This document shows, piece after piece, positions 30,615 through 42,531 of a stretch of DNA of 64,000 bases. Source of the DNA: a virus (taxonomy: Duplodnaviria > Heunggongvirae > Uroviricota > Caudoviricetes). The notes beneath the pieces were generated by a model. The model was not told where the DNA came from, ran no database searches, and worked only from the letters and a program-made list of their open reading frames with translations. The translations under genes and the position numbers were made by a program. Every line of letters starts with the position of its first letter. The stretch's first letter is position 1. The stretch covers positions 29,227 to 93,226 of IMG/VR virus record IMGVR_UViG_2850796239_000011; one strand, given 5' to 3'.

Positions 30615-31652
30615 TCAGCCATAACTCACACCCCAGCATTTGTGCATACGCCAGCGGCTGGCGAATAATCGCCCCCAGGTACCAGCGGATTTTTTCTGTT
30701 TCCAGGAAGACGTATCTGCCACTACCGCATGGGCGCGCATTTTTTCAGTGAAAGCGCAATAGACTGTATCCTGTTCACCCAGACGCTCCGCGATAAGCTG
30801 TACCAGCTCGCCAGCGTCAGAGGTGTATTCCACCGCCGTTTCAATGGTCATCGCCGGGAAATTTTTCGCCAGCAGATCGGACACGTTAACCCTGTACTGG
30901 TTTGTTTTGGTGAGGTTCACCTCTGCCAGCGGCGACATGCACAGTTTCATTTTGTCGGTACGCTCAATATGACCGTTAGTCTGTTTCACCAGTTGCTTAA
31001 AGAGTTTCACGATATCGTCATACACGCCCTGTCCGTCCTTGTCGTCCCACTTCAGTTTACCGTCAACGGTATCCGGGGTGATTGGTGCAGATAACGACGG
31101 ATCATTCAGCAAACCGTAGTTCGTCAGTCCGGCAATACCGTAGAAATAGGACTTATTCTGGAACTTATTCAGCGTCAGTGCTGACGCCACGTTCAGCTCT
31201 GCCGCCCAGCCAATACGGGCTGCGCCGTACATCTCCAGCTCACGTTCGCCCCATACGGTGAAGGTCTGGAAGTGATAGCTCTGGCGCGGTACCCAGTTGA
31301 CGTTTGCGCTTACCACCCCGTTGTTGCTGTAATCCCCGTAGGAACTCACCTCCCCGTCAGATTCTGCAATCGGGAATTGTGCCGACAGTGTCGTCCAGTC
31401 ACCTTTTTTGGTTTCGCCCAGAATCTGAGCGGCTTTCATCGGCGTCACCAGCACGCGGATCAGTTCTGGCTCAACGTAATTGGTGAAATACGCAGGGATA
31501 CCGCTGTTAGCCGCTGTGACCAGCGCAGGCTGCGCGTCCATCGCCAGTCCGTAATCGGCGGCGTACTCCTTCGGCAAATAAGCCTGTGCTCCGGGAAGAA
31601 TAATCCCGTAGTCGCGACTTGCCGTCGCATAATGCTGTTTAAATTTATTCAT
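30615..31652 (-). CDS. Major capsid protein
   Basis: 345 aa after scaffold-like gene; C-terminal ~40 aa look out of frame. Confidence 0.7.
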   Translation of the reverse strand: MNKFKQHYATASRDYGIILPGAQAYLPKEYAADYGLAMDAQPALVTAANSGIPAYFTNYVEPELIRVLVTPMKAAQILGETKKGDWTTLSAQFPIAESDGEVSSYGDYSNNGVVSANVNWVPRQSYHFQTFTVWGERELEMYGAARIGWAAELNVASALTLNKFQNKSYFYGIAGLTNYGLLNDPSLSAPITPDTVDGKLKWDDKDGQGVYDDIVKLFKQLVKQTNGHIERTDKMKLCMSPLAEVNLTKTNQYRVNVSDLLAKNFPAMTIETAVEYTSDAGELVQLIAERLGEQDTVYCAFTEKMRAHAVVADTSSWKQKKSAGTWGRLFASRWRMHKCWGVSYG

Positions 31653-32134
31653 TATTTACTCCAGGTACTGATCTTAATGACTTCTTTTGCCGCCGCAGCG
31701 CTGGCAACGGAAAACCAGGTTTCGACAAACCCCGCCATCGAGGTGCCAGCCGCCCCCGTGGCTATCTCCCCGGTGGCCAGTGAGGCAAATACTTTCTGCC
31801 CGATCGTCGCAGTAGTGGTGGTCAGCGCCCAGAAATCCCCCGACACCATCAGGGTGCATTCACGCCCCGGATAAATGGTGTTCGAGTCCCCGGCCAGCCA
31901 TTCCACAATGGAAGCCTGCCCGTCACGAGGAACAAAACCCGCCGGTGCGCCGACCCCCTTATTAGCGGCAACACCTTTGGTTACCCAGGCAAACCGGGCA
32001 ATTACCAGCCCGTCAGGGCCGGTAATCAGCCCGCCATCTCCCGCCACATACGAGGCATGAGGGTTAGCACTGGCAAACGCCCCCGGAATACCCGGTGCCG
32101 GGTACTGGTTCATGTGTGTCTGAAAAGTATTCAT
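31652..32134 (-). CDS. Head protein (decoration/structural)
   Basis: 160 aa, Gly/Ala-rich. Confidence 0.45.
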   Translation of the reverse strand: MNTFQTHMNQYPAPGIPGAFASANPHASYVAGDGGLITGPDGLVIARFAWVTKGVAANKGVGAPAGFVPRDGQASIVEWLAGDSNTIYPGRECTLMVSGDFWALTTTTATIGQKVFASLATGEIATGAAGTSMAGFVETWFSVASAAAAKEVIKISTWSK

Positions 32135-32135
32135 A

Positions 32136-33473
32136 TCAGTAACCTCGTTTCAGTTTTGCACCGGGGAAATCTGCCGCAAACGTCGATGCGCTGGCCTGAT
32201 CCATCGCCACACGAGGAGAGGATTTGGCCGTCTGCTTCTGCTCAACGGCAAACTTCACCATGCTGCGGTACGCACCGGGGTGAATACCCTGAATATCGAT
32301 CCCCGTCTGTTCCAGCGCGGTACGGTAAACATCTTCGGCGCAGTCCATCGCCACCACATCGCCAATCAGCGGTCGCACTTCAGCTTCAGCCACACGGACG
32401 GCGCGGAAATTTTCAGCAGCCCGTTTCGTTGCCTGGTCAGTTGCCAGCCTGATTGCTGCATCCATCGCAGGTTTATCGACTTTCACATCGTCGGGTTTCA
32501 CATCAGCCTCTTTTGTTTCGGGGGCTTCGTCGGTTGTCGGAGACAGTGCGGATTTAATTTTTTCCAGCACATCATCAGGAACTTTGCCGGACAGCAACGC
32601 CAGTACACTTTCCATCGGGCTGTCGGTATCAAATGCCTTCGACTCGTCAGTTAACCCGGTATCATCATCCCCGACCAGCTCCGGTACGGCTTCTGCTGAT
32701 TCCATCAGTTGCGCCAGCTCCGCCGGTTCAATATCCATATCCTGTGCCAGCCGTTCGCTGTAAGCAGTTTTTACCGCGCTGGCGATAGCTGCCGGACGCT
32801 TATACTGTAACAAATCCCCGGGAGCCGCATCCTGCGCCAGACGCGGCGCAAGATAGGTTCCCAGCGCGGTAAGCACCGCCACTTCTTTTTTACTCAGTTT
32901 CATGCGTTTTAGCTCCTGAGGGAGAGAGTCCATAACAAGACAGTCCGACCCTACCCGGCCATCGCCGACCAGGGCCACATGATTTCCCACGATATTCCGC
33001 ATAACGCCGTCATACGGCTCACCGTCGGGGGTGGTTCCCGGCGTCATATCTGCCACATAGGCATATGACGATGAGATTTCCCGTTGTTCATCCGTTTCTA
33101 TCCCCGCGATGGCGGAGTTGTCCCAGATGGACATGCCGTTAACCAGATAGGTACCGTCAAACTCGCTGTTGGCATGAGTCGTCCCCACCCGGTACTCGCG
33201 CGCGGGCGCGCCCGGATAATCGGGTTTGTGTCGGCACAGGACGGGAATATTGTTGAAGGTTGAAACTGCCTTGCGCAGTTCATCGGGGTCACGGTAAAGC
33301 TGATAAAGTTTTTTGGGGTCGAGTCCCAGCGCTTCCGCCCCCGGTATTTCATACCCGAAATAACCGCAGACGTTCGCCTTGCTGAGATTACTGCGCTCAA
33401 TCTGGAGGCGACCGACTTTATCGAACTGCCTTACCGATGCCCGGTCAAACGCCAGCATTTCGGTAATAATCAT
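32136..33473 (-). CDS. Prohead protease/scaffold-like protein
   Basis: Start reassigned to MIITEML; acidic Ala-rich C-terminal half. Confidence 0.5.
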   Translation of the reverse strand: MIITEMLAFDRASVRQFDKVGRLQIERSNLSKANVCGYFGYEIPGAEALGLDPKKLYQLYRDPDELRKAVSTFNNIPVLCRHKPDYPGAPAREYRVGTTHANSEFDGTYLVNGMSIWDNSAIAGIETDEQREISSSYAYVADMTPGTTPDGEPYDGVMRNIVGNHVALVGDGRVGSDCLVMDSLPQELKRMKLSKKEVAVLTALGTYLAPRLAQDAAPGDLLQYKRPAAIASAVKTAYSERLAQDMDIEPAELAQLMESAEAVPELVGDDDTGLTDESKAFDTDSPMESVLALLSGKVPDDVLEKIKSALSPTTDEAPETKEADVKPDDVKVDKPAMDAAIRLATDQATKRAAENFRAVRVAEAEVRPLIGDVVAMDCAEDVYRTALEQTGIDIQGIHPGAYRSMVKFAVEQKQTAKSSPRVAMDQASASTFAADFPGAKLKRGY

Positions 33474-34290
33474 TTTTTCTCCAGTCCGGGAATAACGGCC
33501 TCCCAGCCACACCGGCAGTTGATTTCTTCGCCCGGCAGTACCCACTTACCATCCAGAAACATCCCCTTTCGCAGGTCAAACCGTTTACCGTTCGCCTTCA
33601 CATGCGACGGACGCCATGTTTTACCCGCGCGGGAATGCCTCCAGACACCTTCAGTGATACCCACCGAACGCTGTCTGGCGGCCTGCATTACCGACGTTGC
33701 CTTATTGTTCTGGTCGCGGGCAATCAGCGCCGCGCGCCGTCGTGTGATGCCGTAACGTTTTTCCAGTTCATCGGTCAGCGTTTTCAGGTCACGTCCCCGG
33801 CCAACAGACTGCATGACCAGTGTTTCCACCTGGGTGAGATGTTGCTGCGGGATGGAGCGAATGAGGTTCACATTCTCCGTGATGCTGGCCTGAAGTGCGG
33901 TATTCATCTCCGTTGTCATACGGAAAGGAACCGTAAACCCGGCATCACGGAGCGCAGTGTACAGTGACGCATCGCTGTTTTTCAGGACATCACCGGCAAA
34001 CCGCCTCGCCAGCCGCAGGGCCATTTCGTCAAAATTTTTCTGCCAGCGCCGGGCAAGTTGCTGCATGGCACCACGCATCAGGTTAACGGGGACGCATCCT
34101 GCGCGAGGTCTGTTTTACGGTACTCAGCCCGCAGCCAGTAAAGTACACTGTTGTGCATCCCACTGACGGCATTATCCAGTTGTCTGCGGTACCAGGCCTC
34201 AATCCCCGCGTTGGGTGAAATCCGCCTCAGGGTCTGCATTCGGGCCTTGCGGCGGATTTTCTTCGGTGTTGTCAATTTCAGTGTCGTCAA
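33470..34290 (-). pseudogene. Head morphogenesis protein (Mu gpF / SPP1 gp7 family) with frameshift
   Basis: N- and C-terminal frames rejoin if GGGG at 34088..34091 gains one base. Confidence 0.55.
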
Positions 34291-35749
34291 TTTCGATGTC
34301 CCCGCTCAGGTCAATACCGCTGTACGGGCTGTCCTGCGCAGTCGCCAGCCGTTCGCGTACTTCGTTATTGGTCACTGCTCCGGTGCTCTCATAAATCTGA
34401 TCCGTTTCCGCCTCAGTTTTACGGATATTCGCCAGTTGCTCTCGCGTCAGTTCATGCAGGGGTTCAAATTCAAACGTGATATCAGGATCGATATCGCCGA
34501 ACTCAGACAACTGGATAATATCCAGCACCTTTTTCAGCGGTTTCTTCAGAAGACGGGTGGCAAGTGCAGCAATGGTGTCGTAAAACACCCGGATTTCACC
34601 CTCACTCGACGCATTCAGTCCCGTTGGGCTCAGCCCGGCGAATTTTACGGACGGTATGGCACTGACAAAGAACATGTGTTCCTGTGCCTGCGCCTGAAGG
34701 GTGTCGAGGCCGCTCAGGGGAGTGTTGAACTGGAAAAACTCTTCGTTCGTCTTGTCCAGCATCAGCAGCCCGCGGTTATCACGGGTACGGTTAAACAACT
34801 CCGCGCGTTTTGCGTAATTCGGGTCCCTTTTACCACTTAATACCTGTGTCATATCCGTCTTAATCCCGCTCAGCGAAAACGAATGCAGCATATCGCCCAC
34901 GCTGTCGCGTGTTCGCAGCCAGTTATCAACATAAGGCTCAGCAATCTGAACCAGTGACAGGCCGCCAAAGTTGTAGGCCGGCTTCAGCATGTCCGGAACC
35001 GGACGGGAGATCAGATCAATCATGCGGCTGGCGTGAACCGTTTTTCCCATTACGTACCATTCGGACGGACGGTAAAAATCATCACTCAGCGGATCATCCG
35101 CGTTATATATACCCGGATACGTCCAGACGGGTTCAATAACACGAAGCCCCAGCAGGGAACCTTTCGGGATTTTTTTGTCGGAAATAAACAGTCCGGATCC
35201 CAGCTCCGCCGGGTCAGTCCAGGCAGATATACCCGATGGCGAACGCACATCAATATAAATCTGCCCTCGCCCGAAAAAGCCGTCGTGCTCAATCGCCAGT
35301 CTGAAAACGTCCTGTACGTTATAGTGCTCCAGTGCGTCAGTAAGCTGCGCTATGCGTGACGCGTGGCTGTCGTCCCCTTCTCCGACCGCCTTAACCTTTA
35401 TCCACTTACGGGTCATCTCCTCGGCAAGCACACTGACCATACGCCGGTACTCCGGTAACTGCGCCTGAAGTGCCAGATACGGATAGCCCGGGAAACCACC
35501 ATAAACAAAATCAGGATAATGACTGTTCAGGGTGTCATACGGTGTTGCATCCATTGCCAGCACAGCGTCGCGAACCGGTGCCGGGATAACGCCCGGTGGT
35601 GGCTCATAGCGAACAAACTCCCTCCGTGGTTTCTGCCGGACGGAAGCGATCACCTCATCGTTAATTTCCGGTGGCTGTGGTTCAGGTTGTTTGTCCGGTA
35701 CCGCCGGCGCTGACGGTTCTTTTCGTTTAAACGGCCACATCAGATCCAC
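34199..35749 (-). CDS. Portal protein
   Basis: 516 aa between terminase and head morphogenesis genes. Confidence 0.8.
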   Translation of the reverse strand: MDLMWPFKRKEPSAPAVPDKQPEPQPPEINDEVIASVRQKPRREFVRYEPPPGVIPAPVRDAVLAMDATPYDTLNSHYPDFVYGGFPGYPYLALQAQLPEYRRMVSVLAEEMTRKWIKVKAVGEGDDSHASRIAQLTDALEHYNVQDVFRLAIEHDGFFGRGQIYIDVRSPSGISAWTDPAELGSGLFISDKKIPKGSLLGLRVIEPVWTYPGIYNADDPLSDDFYRPSEWYVMGKTVHASRMIDLISRPVPDMLKPAYNFGGLSLVQIAEPYVDNWLRTRDSVGDMLHSFSLSGIKTDMTQVLSGKRDPNYAKRAELFNRTRDNRGLLMLDKTNEEFFQFNTPLSGLDTLQAQAQEHMFFVSAIPSVKFAGLSPTGLNASSEGEIRVFYDTIAALATRLLKKPLKKVLDIIQLSEFGDIDPDITFEFEPLHELTREQLANIRKTEAETDQIYESTGAVTNNEVRERLATAQDSPYSGIDLSGDIEIDDTEIDNTEENPPQGPNADPEADFTQRGD

Positions 35750-37359
35750 TCCATAAAGTCATCAGAAATTACGATGGGCATTTCCATCGGGGCATAAGCA
35801 ATCATCACAGAATCAGCCAGGTTTGGAGATTTCGTTCCGTCAGGTTGCTTATCCACAAGAATTTTTCCGGTGGCATTTTTTGACCAGGTAGGTTGTGACA
35901 GCTCCATCAACAACCGGTCTTTATTTTCCATTGTGCTGCTGATGGAAATAATCTCATCCGGGTCATACTCCATACCCTGTAGTGCACGAAATGTATTGCG
36001 GAATAATTTGCGAAGATGCCACCACCCCTGGGCTTTGGCATTGACAAAAAAGTCCTTATTCAGACGAGCCGGTTTACCATTATCACCGGGAACAGCTTCA
36101 TTTTCAGGATGAAACACGCTCCCGCTGCCCCGGAATGGAGTGGCGGTGATTTGACAGATGCCCTCCGCTTCACGCAGTTCGTTGATAGCGCGCGCATCAC
36201 CACGAACGCCAGCACCCAATCCGTCCTCATCAAAGCGAAACTCATCGGCACCAAAGTCATCGCACAGACCAAAAACCTTAACCACAGAGTCATAGATGTC
36301 ACTCCCCTTACCTGACCACTCCTGTACGTCATTCAGCAGGATGCCATAACGGAGCGAACAGGCGTTTTTATCCCGCCCTTCGTCGGCGACATCCATTGCA
36401 CCAAGCCGTTGGCCGCCGGGCTGAATGCCCAGTCTGATATGTGCATCAACCGCAGCCTGTACCCATTCTGAGGGGATCAGGATGCCTTCTGCTGATGCCT
36501 GGTAATTAAGATCCAGTTCCTGGGCAACGATGACTGGGTTATCAATTTTATCGCACTCCTTGTGATACCACTCATCGTCTTTACGCGGATCGCTACGCCA
36601 GTGAAACGTAAACACCGGGATTTTTCCACTGTGCCGCTTCTGTGCGAAGGGGTTGTTCATGCCGTTAACCGATGAGAGATCGATACGACATCGGGTTGTC
36701 TGAGAAAGCGCGGCATCAATAAGTAATGGTCGCTGGAGAAAAGCAGCCTCATCCACAAAATAAAGGGTCGTACGGTCACCACGACCGATATTATCGCCAG
36801 CCTCACCTTTGATAACCGCGCCAGTTTCAGGAAACTCAACACGCATATATGGCGCGTGCTTCTTCTCGCTCCACGAACCGCGAAACTCTACAGGTAGCGT
36901 TTCCACGAACTTGCGCGCCTTCCAGAACAATGCCTTCGGGTCACCGGTGCTGTCGACGTATTCCTCTTTACGGGAGCCGAAACCGATAACCATTTCTTTG
37001 TTGAAGAGACAAAGCGAGCAGGCCAGTCCGATCGCGGTCCAACTGAGCCCCATTTCACGGGATTTTTCGGTAATACCATTCTCCCGATTGCTCCAGCGTT
37101 CCATAATCCAGTGGATCCACTCCTCCTGCTTAGGGAAGAGTAAAAACGGAATGGTCACCGGCAGGCCATAATCAATATTACGCGGGTCCGTTGTCATGCC
37201 CCAGTCGATGATGAACTGAGCCGGATTGGTTCGGTAAAACTGCTTCAATACGGGCAATATTTCAGGGTTCTGGCGAATGCGCTGTAGGCGTTCCATCCGC
37301 CATTCAAAAACCATCTGGTAATCAGGATGTTTAAAATCGAAGGGGAATGGTAACGGCAT
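35740..37359 (-). CDS. Terminase large subunit
   Basis: 539 aa; Walker-like motifs and nuclease-domain acidic residues. Confidence 0.9.
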   Translation of the reverse strand: MPLPFPFDFKHPDYQMVFEWRMERLQRIRQNPEILPVLKQFYRTNPAQFIIDWGMTTDPRNIDYGLPVTIPFLLFPKQEEWIHWIMERWSNRENGITEKSREMGLSWTAIGLACSLCLFNKEMVIGFGSRKEEYVDSTGDPKALFWKARKFVETLPVEFRGSWSEKKHAPYMRVEFPETGAVIKGEAGDNIGRGDRTTLYFVDEAAFLQRPLLIDAALSQTTRCRIDLSSVNGMNNPFAQKRHSGKIPVFTFHWRSDPRKDDEWYHKECDKIDNPVIVAQELDLNYQASAEGILIPSEWVQAAVDAHIRLGIQPGGQRLGAMDVADEGRDKNACSLRYGILLNDVQEWSGKGSDIYDSVVKVFGLCDDFGADEFRFDEDGLGAGVRGDARAINELREAEGICQITATPFRGSGSVFHPENEAVPGDNGKPARLNKDFFVNAKAQGWWHLRKLFRNTFRALQGMEYDPDEIISISSTMENKDRLLMELSQPTWSKNATGKILVDKQPDGTKSPNLADSVMIAYAPMEMPIVISDDFMEWI

Positions 37360-37491
37360 ACTTAGCCCATCATTTTTCTATACACCTCTGCGGCCTGCTC
37401 AGGCGTTAATTTGGTAATTTCTGTTCTGACTGGTCCTCCGTCAGCGCCTGAGGTGTACTGGCAATAGCGGACACTACCATTTGTTCTTTTT

Positions 37492-38310
37492 TTAAGCAGC
37501 CATCTGATGATATTTTTCCCTGAAGGCTGCCGGGGAGATATTCCCCAGACGAGAGTGACGACGCTGACGATTGTAGAAAATCTCAATGTATTCCCGTATT
37601 ACTGAGATGGCTTCATCCCGGTTATTAAAACGATAGTGGCTCAGGCTCTCATTTTTCAGCGTTCCCCAGAAGCTTTCCATCGGAGCGTTGTCGTAACAGT
37701 TACCTTTACGCGACATTGATGTTTTCAGACCAAACTGCTCCTGTATGACCCGGTAATCGTATGCGCAGTACTGTGAACCTCGATCAGAGTGGTGGATTAG
37801 CCCGGCAGGTGGGCGCTGGCTCCTGAGCGCCATAAACAGGGCTTTACCTGTCAGCTCTTTTGTCATGCGCTCTCCCATGGCGTAGCCGACAATTTCGCAC
37901 GTATAAACATCTTTGATGCCAGCGAGGTACAACCATCCCTCCTGTGTGGCAACATACGTCAGGTCCGCCACCCAGACCTGATTTGGTGCTGTAGGAGCGA
38001 ACGTCTGGTTCAGCAGATTTGGCGCAACTGGCAGATTGTGGTTCGGGTTCGTAGTCGCTCTGAACTTGCGTTTCTGCTTACAGCGTAGCCTTAGCTCCTT
38101 ACGAAGACGTGCCAGTCGGTCACGACCAACGATGATGCCATTCTCTGCCAGCTCCGTCTGGAGCCGCCGGGTTCCATATGTTTCGCGAGTGCGGATATGT
38201 GCCACCTTAATCTCCAGTTTTAGCCGCTCATCACTTTGTTTTCTGTCTGAGGGTTCATGCTGTACCCAGTTGTAATAACCGCTCCTGGATACACCAAATA
38301 CCTGACACAT
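37492..38310 (-). CDS. IS600 transposase OrfB
   Basis: 272 aa. Confidence 0.9.
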   Translation of the reverse strand: MCQVFGVSRSGYYNWVQHEPSDRKQSDERLKLEIKVAHIRTRETYGTRRLQTELAENGIIVGRDRLARLRKELRLRCKQKRKFRATTNPNHNLPVAPNLLNQTFAPTAPNQVWVADLTYVATQEGWLYLAGIKDVYTCEIVGYAMGERMTKELTGKALFMALRSQRPPAGLIHHSDRGSQYCAYDYRVIQEQFGLKTSMSRKGNCYDNAPMESFWGTLKNESLSHYRFNNRDEAISVIREYIEIFYNRQRRHSRLGNISPAAFREKYHQMAA

Positions 38311-38345
38311 CGCTTCAATGGGAAATTGTTGTCGCCATTGTTCGA

Positions 38346-38648
38346 TTAACGCGTATTTTTCAGCGACTCCTGTGCAAAATACGCTGTTGCTTTTTTTAAT
38401 ATATCTCGCTCAAGGCGAGCTTCATTTAACGCCTTACGCAGTTGCAGAATTTCAGATTCCAGTTCAGCCACCGTGCGGGAACCAGGAGTACCGAGCCCTT
38501 TTCTGGCGGCGGTAACCCATTGTCCTAAAGTGCCTTCAGGAAGGGATAATCGGGAAGCGCCTTCACTGATCGAAAGTTGATTTTCAAGAACCGTTCTGAC
38601 AGCTTCGGCTTTGAACTCTTTAGAGTAACGTTGGGTTTTTCTGCTCAT
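38346..38648 (-). CDS. IS600 OrfA
   Basis: 100 aa, intact. Confidence 0.9.
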   Translation of the reverse strand: MSRKTQRYSKEFKAEAVRTVLENQLSISEGASRLSLPEGTLGQWVTAARKGLGTPGSRTVAELESEILQLRKALNEARLERDILKKATAYFAQESLKNTR

Positions 38649-39284
38649 TATTAGCTCCTTCTGATGCCATTCTATTTCAGGAAGGAGTGTCCGTTAAACT
38701 CAGGCTACCTCAGCCAGTCACTTCATTTTTGACGTTGTCTTTAAACGCCTGAACAGAAACATGACGCCCAAGCAACTCAAGGTTTTTAACCTTATCAGGC
38801 CATTTGATTTTCTTCAGAAGTGCGGCGCTATCTGCGGATACCATCTCCACGACATCCATTCCTGATAGCGTTGTGCGCCATACCTTAGGCCAGTCTTTAA
38901 TGGGCTTTAGCTCACCGTTTTGCAGGAGAATGTCGAGCACATCCATCTGGTCGATTTCAACCAATCTACGAAGAACATAGGCGGCATCTATACCCGTCTG
39001 CTCAACGCGGGCGGATTTAAGTTCAGCAACGAATTTTTGAACATTAACATTTGCTAATAATCGAGATGCCTGCTCATTGGCGGTCTTCTCGCTGTAGCCC
39101 GCCCTGATAGCTGCCTGTGTGCCGTTCAGATCTTTCAGGTACTCACGGGCAAACAGCTCTTGTTTGTCGGTGAGCTTTGCCATTATTTGTGCTCCGTTTA
39201 TCCGTTAAAAGGGATATCAGTTAAGTTATCCCGTGTAGGGTATAAGCCATTATCAAGCCCACCCGTAGATGGGCTTTGTAATGG

Positions 39285-39542
39285 CTACTTCGCTTTTGCT
39301 TCCGCTCGCTTACGCCGGCGCTCTTCTTTCCTCTCGGCTTTTGCCATGTCCATGAATGCCTGCATGATCGAGTTCCGCATCATGTAGCTAACAAAGTGAT
39401 GATTGACACAGCCGTTGAGGCGCAGCTGCTCGCCAAACTCATCCACCGAGGCCAATGCTTCCATCATGCCCTTCTCGCCTTTCATGAACTCTGAGAAGTC
39501 GCGCCCCGCTCTGGAGGCGCATTCAATGACACGATCACTCAT
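39285..39542 (-). CDS. Hypothetical protein (85 aa)
   Basis: Coupled to upstream KilA-N gene. Confidence 0.45.
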   Translation of the reverse strand: MSDRVIECASRAGRDFSEFMKGEKGMMEALASVDEFGEQLRLNGCVNHHFVSYMMRNSIMQAFMDMAKAERKEERRRKRAEAKAK

Positions 39543-40036
39543 CCCGGAAGCCCGGGGATCGTTATCTGCAGCTGGTTAGCCAGGGAGTTAATCTCAGCGA
39601 CCAACACTGGCTTCGTATAGCGCCATGCCGCCAGCCCTTGTCCACAGAAGCTCGCCATATCTTTTTTCTGATCAAACTCATGACACTTCATATTGAGCTG
39701 CGCACTTAATCTGTTGCGATGCTGAAGTTCTCCGGTGAAGTAGTCATCCAGGACTTTATAGGCTGCATATTTAAATCCGGGGTTTAGCCATGCTGCATAA
39801 TCATAAGCAACAAACTTCCCGCCATATGTTCCACCGTGTACACCGCGCTCAGTAAAAACCACAGATTCGTGGTTTTTCTCCAGCTCGGCTAAGAACTCTT
39901 TGGTCTGCTTGTTTCGCAGGTAGTGGTACGGAGATTCAGATTCACTTTTACCACTGGCTTTCCACATATCAGTGAGGCAGATCATTCCTGATTCATCAAC
40001 ACGGATCGGTGTATTAAAAAGCGTGATTGCTTTCAT
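39539..40036 (-). CDS. KilA-N domain protein
   Basis: MKAITLFNTPIRVDESGMICLTDMWKA N-terminus typical of KilA-N. Confidence 0.7.
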   Translation of the reverse strand: MKAITLFNTPIRVDESGMICLTDMWKASGKSESESPYHYLRNKQTKEFLAELEKNHESVVFTERGVHGGTYGGKFVAYDYAAWLNPGFKYAAYKVLDDYFTGELQHRNRLSAQLNMKCHEFDQKKDMASFCGQGLAAWRYTKPVLVAEINSLANQLQITIPGLPG

Positions 40037-40185
40037 GGCGTCTTTACCTTTTAGAAAGATGAGCCTGTTCGCACAGAAAAGCCGTCCCCGAGATGGTCGC
40101 CACCATATACGGCAATTCTCAGGCTCAGCTTTCTGAAAGACTCGGGGTTTATATGCGCTGCGATGCGCGGTTTACTGCGGACATA

Positions 40186-40209
40186 TAAAAGCCCCGCAAG
40201 TGCGAGGCT
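40186..40209 (-). terminator. Putative intrinsic terminator downstream of Rz
   Basis: 7-bp GC-rich stem, tetraloop, then TTTTAT on minus strand. Confidence 0.4.
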
Positions 40210-40241
40210 CATTAAATGGACTTTGTGATTTGCAAAAAAAT

Positions 40242-40709
40242 TTATTTCAGGCACTGAGTCCTGATGTACTCCTGAAGCATTCTCAATGCTGTCTGGTCGC
40301 TGATGATTCCGTCCCGGATACCGAGAACGTTTCGTCCAGCAACTGGAGAGAGTTCGACGGTGGCATCATTGCCCATGCCGGAGGCGCTGGAGGTTTCGGC
40401 TGAGGATGGCACAGGGCATTTTCCTTTGACGAGCACCCGACCACCATTATCAAGCTTGCGCCGAAGAGCATCATTTTCAGCTTTCGCATCAGCTAACTCC
40501 TTCGTGTATTTAGCATCGAGTGCATCAGCAGAACGCTGGCGCTGCTGCATGTCAGTAATGGTTGCGTTCGCCAGCTTCAGTTCTCTTGCGTTTTTGTCGC
40601 GCTGCTCTTTGTAGGTAATGGCGTTATCACGGTAATGAATAACAGTCCATGACAGGCAGACGATGATGCAGATAACCAGAGCGGAGATAATCGCGGTGAC
40701 TCTGCTCAT
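40242..40709 (-). CDS. Rz: Spanin, inner-membrane subunit Rz
   Basis: Close match to lambda Rz ([17 protein letters not shown]...); start taken at MSRV. Confidence 0.85.
   Translation of the reverse strand: MSRVTAIISALVICIIVCLSWTVIHYRDNAITYKEQRDKNARELKLANATITDMQQRQRSADALDAKYTKELADAKAENDALRRKLDNGGRVLVKGKCPVPSSAETSSASGMGNDATVELSPVAGRNVLGIRDGIISDQTALRMLQEYIRTQCLK
40283..40489 (-). CDS. Rz1: Spanin, outer-membrane lipoprotein Rz1 (embedded in Rz)
   Basis: +1 frame inside Rz; lipobox VVGC; Pro-rich. Confidence 0.7.
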   Translation of the reverse strand: MRKLKMMLFGASLIMVVGCSSKENALCHPQPKPPAPPAWAMMPPSNSLQLLDETFSVSGTESSATRQH

Positions 40710-41193
40710 TGCTGCCCCCACAAACAGACTTCACGCTCAATCTCACGACGGGTCATCAGCCCTTTCCATTGCTTACCGCCAGCATATGTCCAGCGACGTA
40801 GCTGGTCACATGCGCCTTTGATATCGCCCTGGTTTATTTTGCGAAGAAGCGTCGATGTTCTGAAATTGCCAGCGCCCACGTTGTAAACGAACGAGTAAAG
40901 AGCGCCGCGCGTTGTTTCCGGTATATCGACTTTGATGTACGGGTTAATTTGTCTGGCGACAGTGGCAAGGTCTTTATTCAGGAGAGCTTTGCATTCTGCT
41001 TCGGTATACGTTTTACCAGGCATGATGTCTTTTCCGGTGTGTCCGTGACATACAGTCCATACACCAATGATATCTTTGTATGGTATGTAGCTGACACCTT
41101 CCAGACCATCGTTACCACCTGGGCCAGTGATTAGGCTGTGTCCCTTAATCATCTGAGCTATAGTAACTGTCTGTTTACACAACATATTGAACT

Positions 41194-41643
41194 ATGGCTC
41201 GCTACGACCTTCCCGATGAGGCATGGACCATCATCAAGCCCCTGTTACCTCCTGAACCCGCCACACCACGGGCCGGACGCCCATGGGCTGAGCACCGTAA
41301 AATCATCAATGGCATGTTCTGGGTGTTATGTTCCGGTGCACCATGGCGCGATTTACCCGAACGATATGGGTCATGGAAAACTGTTTATAACCGCTTTAAC
41401 CGATGGTCAAAGTCAGGCGTGATTAATATTATTTTCAACAGGTTGCTTTCGCTACTTGATGCAAACGGCTTTATTGACTGGTCTGCCACCGCGCTGGATG
41501 GCAGTAATATCCGGGCGCTGAAATGTGCCGCCGGTGCTCAAAAAAACATCCCGATATCGACGGAGATAATGGGCTGGGTCGCTCTCGCGGCGGTTTTGGC
41601 ACCAAAATCCATCTGGCAACAGACGGAAGTGGCCTCCCGTTAA
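41194..41643 (+). CDS. IS5-family transposase OrfA
   Basis: Identical to copy A OrfA. Confidence 0.8.
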   Translation: MARYDLPDEAWTIIKPLLPPEPATPRAGRPWAEHRKIINGMFWVLCSGAPWRDLPERYGSWKTVYNRFNRWSKSGVINIIFNRLLSLLDANGFIDWSATALDGSNIRALKCAAGAQKNIPISTEIMGWVALAAVLAPKSIWQQTEVASR

Positions 41644-42037
41644 ATATCGTGCTAAGCCCCGGACAAGCTCATGAAAGCCAGTTCGCGCAACGACTTCTGG
41701 ACGGGATTGGCGTTCAGCGTCAGAACGGCAGCATGAAACGCCGTGGACATGCGGTACTGGCTGATAAAGCGTATTCAGGGCGCGCATTGCGCAACGAGCT
41801 GAAAAATAACGGTATAAAGGCAGTAATCCCCGAAAGTCAAATGAGAAAATGGCATCGGATGGACGTGCACAGCTTGATCGTGATGCGTACCGCAATCGTA
41901 ATGTCGTTGAACGGTGCTTTGGGCGGCTGAAAGAATATCGCCGCATCGCCACGCGTTACGACAAAACGGCGAGAAATTACCTGGCGATGGTGAAACTGGG
42001 CTGCATCCGACTCTTTTATCAACGCTTACGTAATTAA
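41523..42037 (+). pseudogene. IS5-family transposase OrfB with frameshift
   Basis: CCCC at 41828..41831 versus five in copy A; frame diverges after KAVIP. Confidence 0.7.
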
Positions 42038-42119
42038 GGGACACAGCCTAACACAGATGCTATAGCAACAGCCCCGCCACCAATAGCAACTGCAACAGCC
42101 TTGCGTAATGATGGCGACA

Positions 42120-42335
42120 TTATTCACCTCTCGCAGCCTTACGCTTGTCTTCTCTTATTTTGAAATACAGATTCGTCAGATAAGTCAGAAGCCCCAGAAG
42201 CAGACTTCCCAGCACACCAATCGCAGCCCACTGTGATGGACTGACCTGATCCAACCACTGCAAAAACCAGTAGCCGGCACTGCCGGCGGAGGTGCCGTAG
42301 GCAATGCCCGTTGAAATTTTGTCCATGGATTTCAT
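42120..42335 (-). CDS. S: Holin, phage 21 S-type (pinholin)
   Basis: [28 protein letters not shown] matches recalled S21; stop overlaps endolysin start. Confidence 0.8.
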   Translation of the reverse strand: MKSMDKISTGIAYGTSAGSAGYWFLQWLDQVSPSQWAAIGVLGSLLLGLLTYLTNLYFKIREDKRKAARGE

Positions 42336-42450
42336 AGCCTCACCTCCGCAAATAACGGATGGCGTAGTTCTTATATTGGGAAGGGGAAAAGAAGGCCGCA
42401 GCGTAACTGTCACTGATGAATTCAGGATAGCCAGTGGCTACGGCTCAGTT

Positions 42451-42526
42451 ATGGTGCTGGTTAACGGACTTGAACCGCTACCCATTCGCTTACAAGGCGA
42501 CTGCTCTACCATTAGAGCTAAACCAG
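42451..42526 (-). tRNA. tRNA-Thr (anticodon UGU)
   Basis: Hand-folded cloverleaf: perfect 7-bp acceptor stem, 4-bp D stem, loop CUUGUAA, TTCAAGT T-loop, 3' CCA. Confidence 0.7.
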
Positions 42527-42531
42527 CATAT

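Larger units (their letters stand above)
37449..38712 (-). mobile_element. IS600 copy 3, 1264 bp
   Basis: Same ends; 3-bp direct repeat GCC. Confidence 0.9.
37362..39183 (-). pseudogene. Terminase small subunit interrupted by IS600
   Basis: N-terminal 157 codons end at the IS600 terminal TGA; C-terminal remnant [27 protein letters not shown] at 37362..37448. Confidence 0.65.
41132..42050 (+). mobile_element. IS5-family element, copy B, ~919 bp, inverted relative to copy A
   Basis: Same ends; TA duplication at both junctions. Confidence 0.8.
40706..42122 (-). pseudogene. SAR-type endolysin (GH24 lysozyme, RrrD/R21-like) split by IS5-family element
   Basis: N-terminal [24 protein letters not shown] at 42051..42122, remainder [12 protein letters not shown]... 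at 40706..41131. Confidence 0.75.

Noticed and set aside
30615-30740. Possible frameshift at the 3' end of the capsid gene
   Set aside because: The C-terminal ~40 residues look out of frame and an alternative frame reads more naturally, but the switch point could not be placed confidently.
31272-31874. 200-aa plus-strand ORF
   Set aside because: Antisense to major capsid and head genes; Arg/Cys-rich out-of-frame composition.
34151-34840. 229-aa plus-strand ORF
   Set aside because: Antisense to the portal gene.
40051-40403. Two ~67-aa ORFs (40051..40254 minus, 40200..40403 plus) near the Rz terminator
   Set aside because: Overlap intergenic terminator region and the Rz/Rz1 3' end; no RBS.
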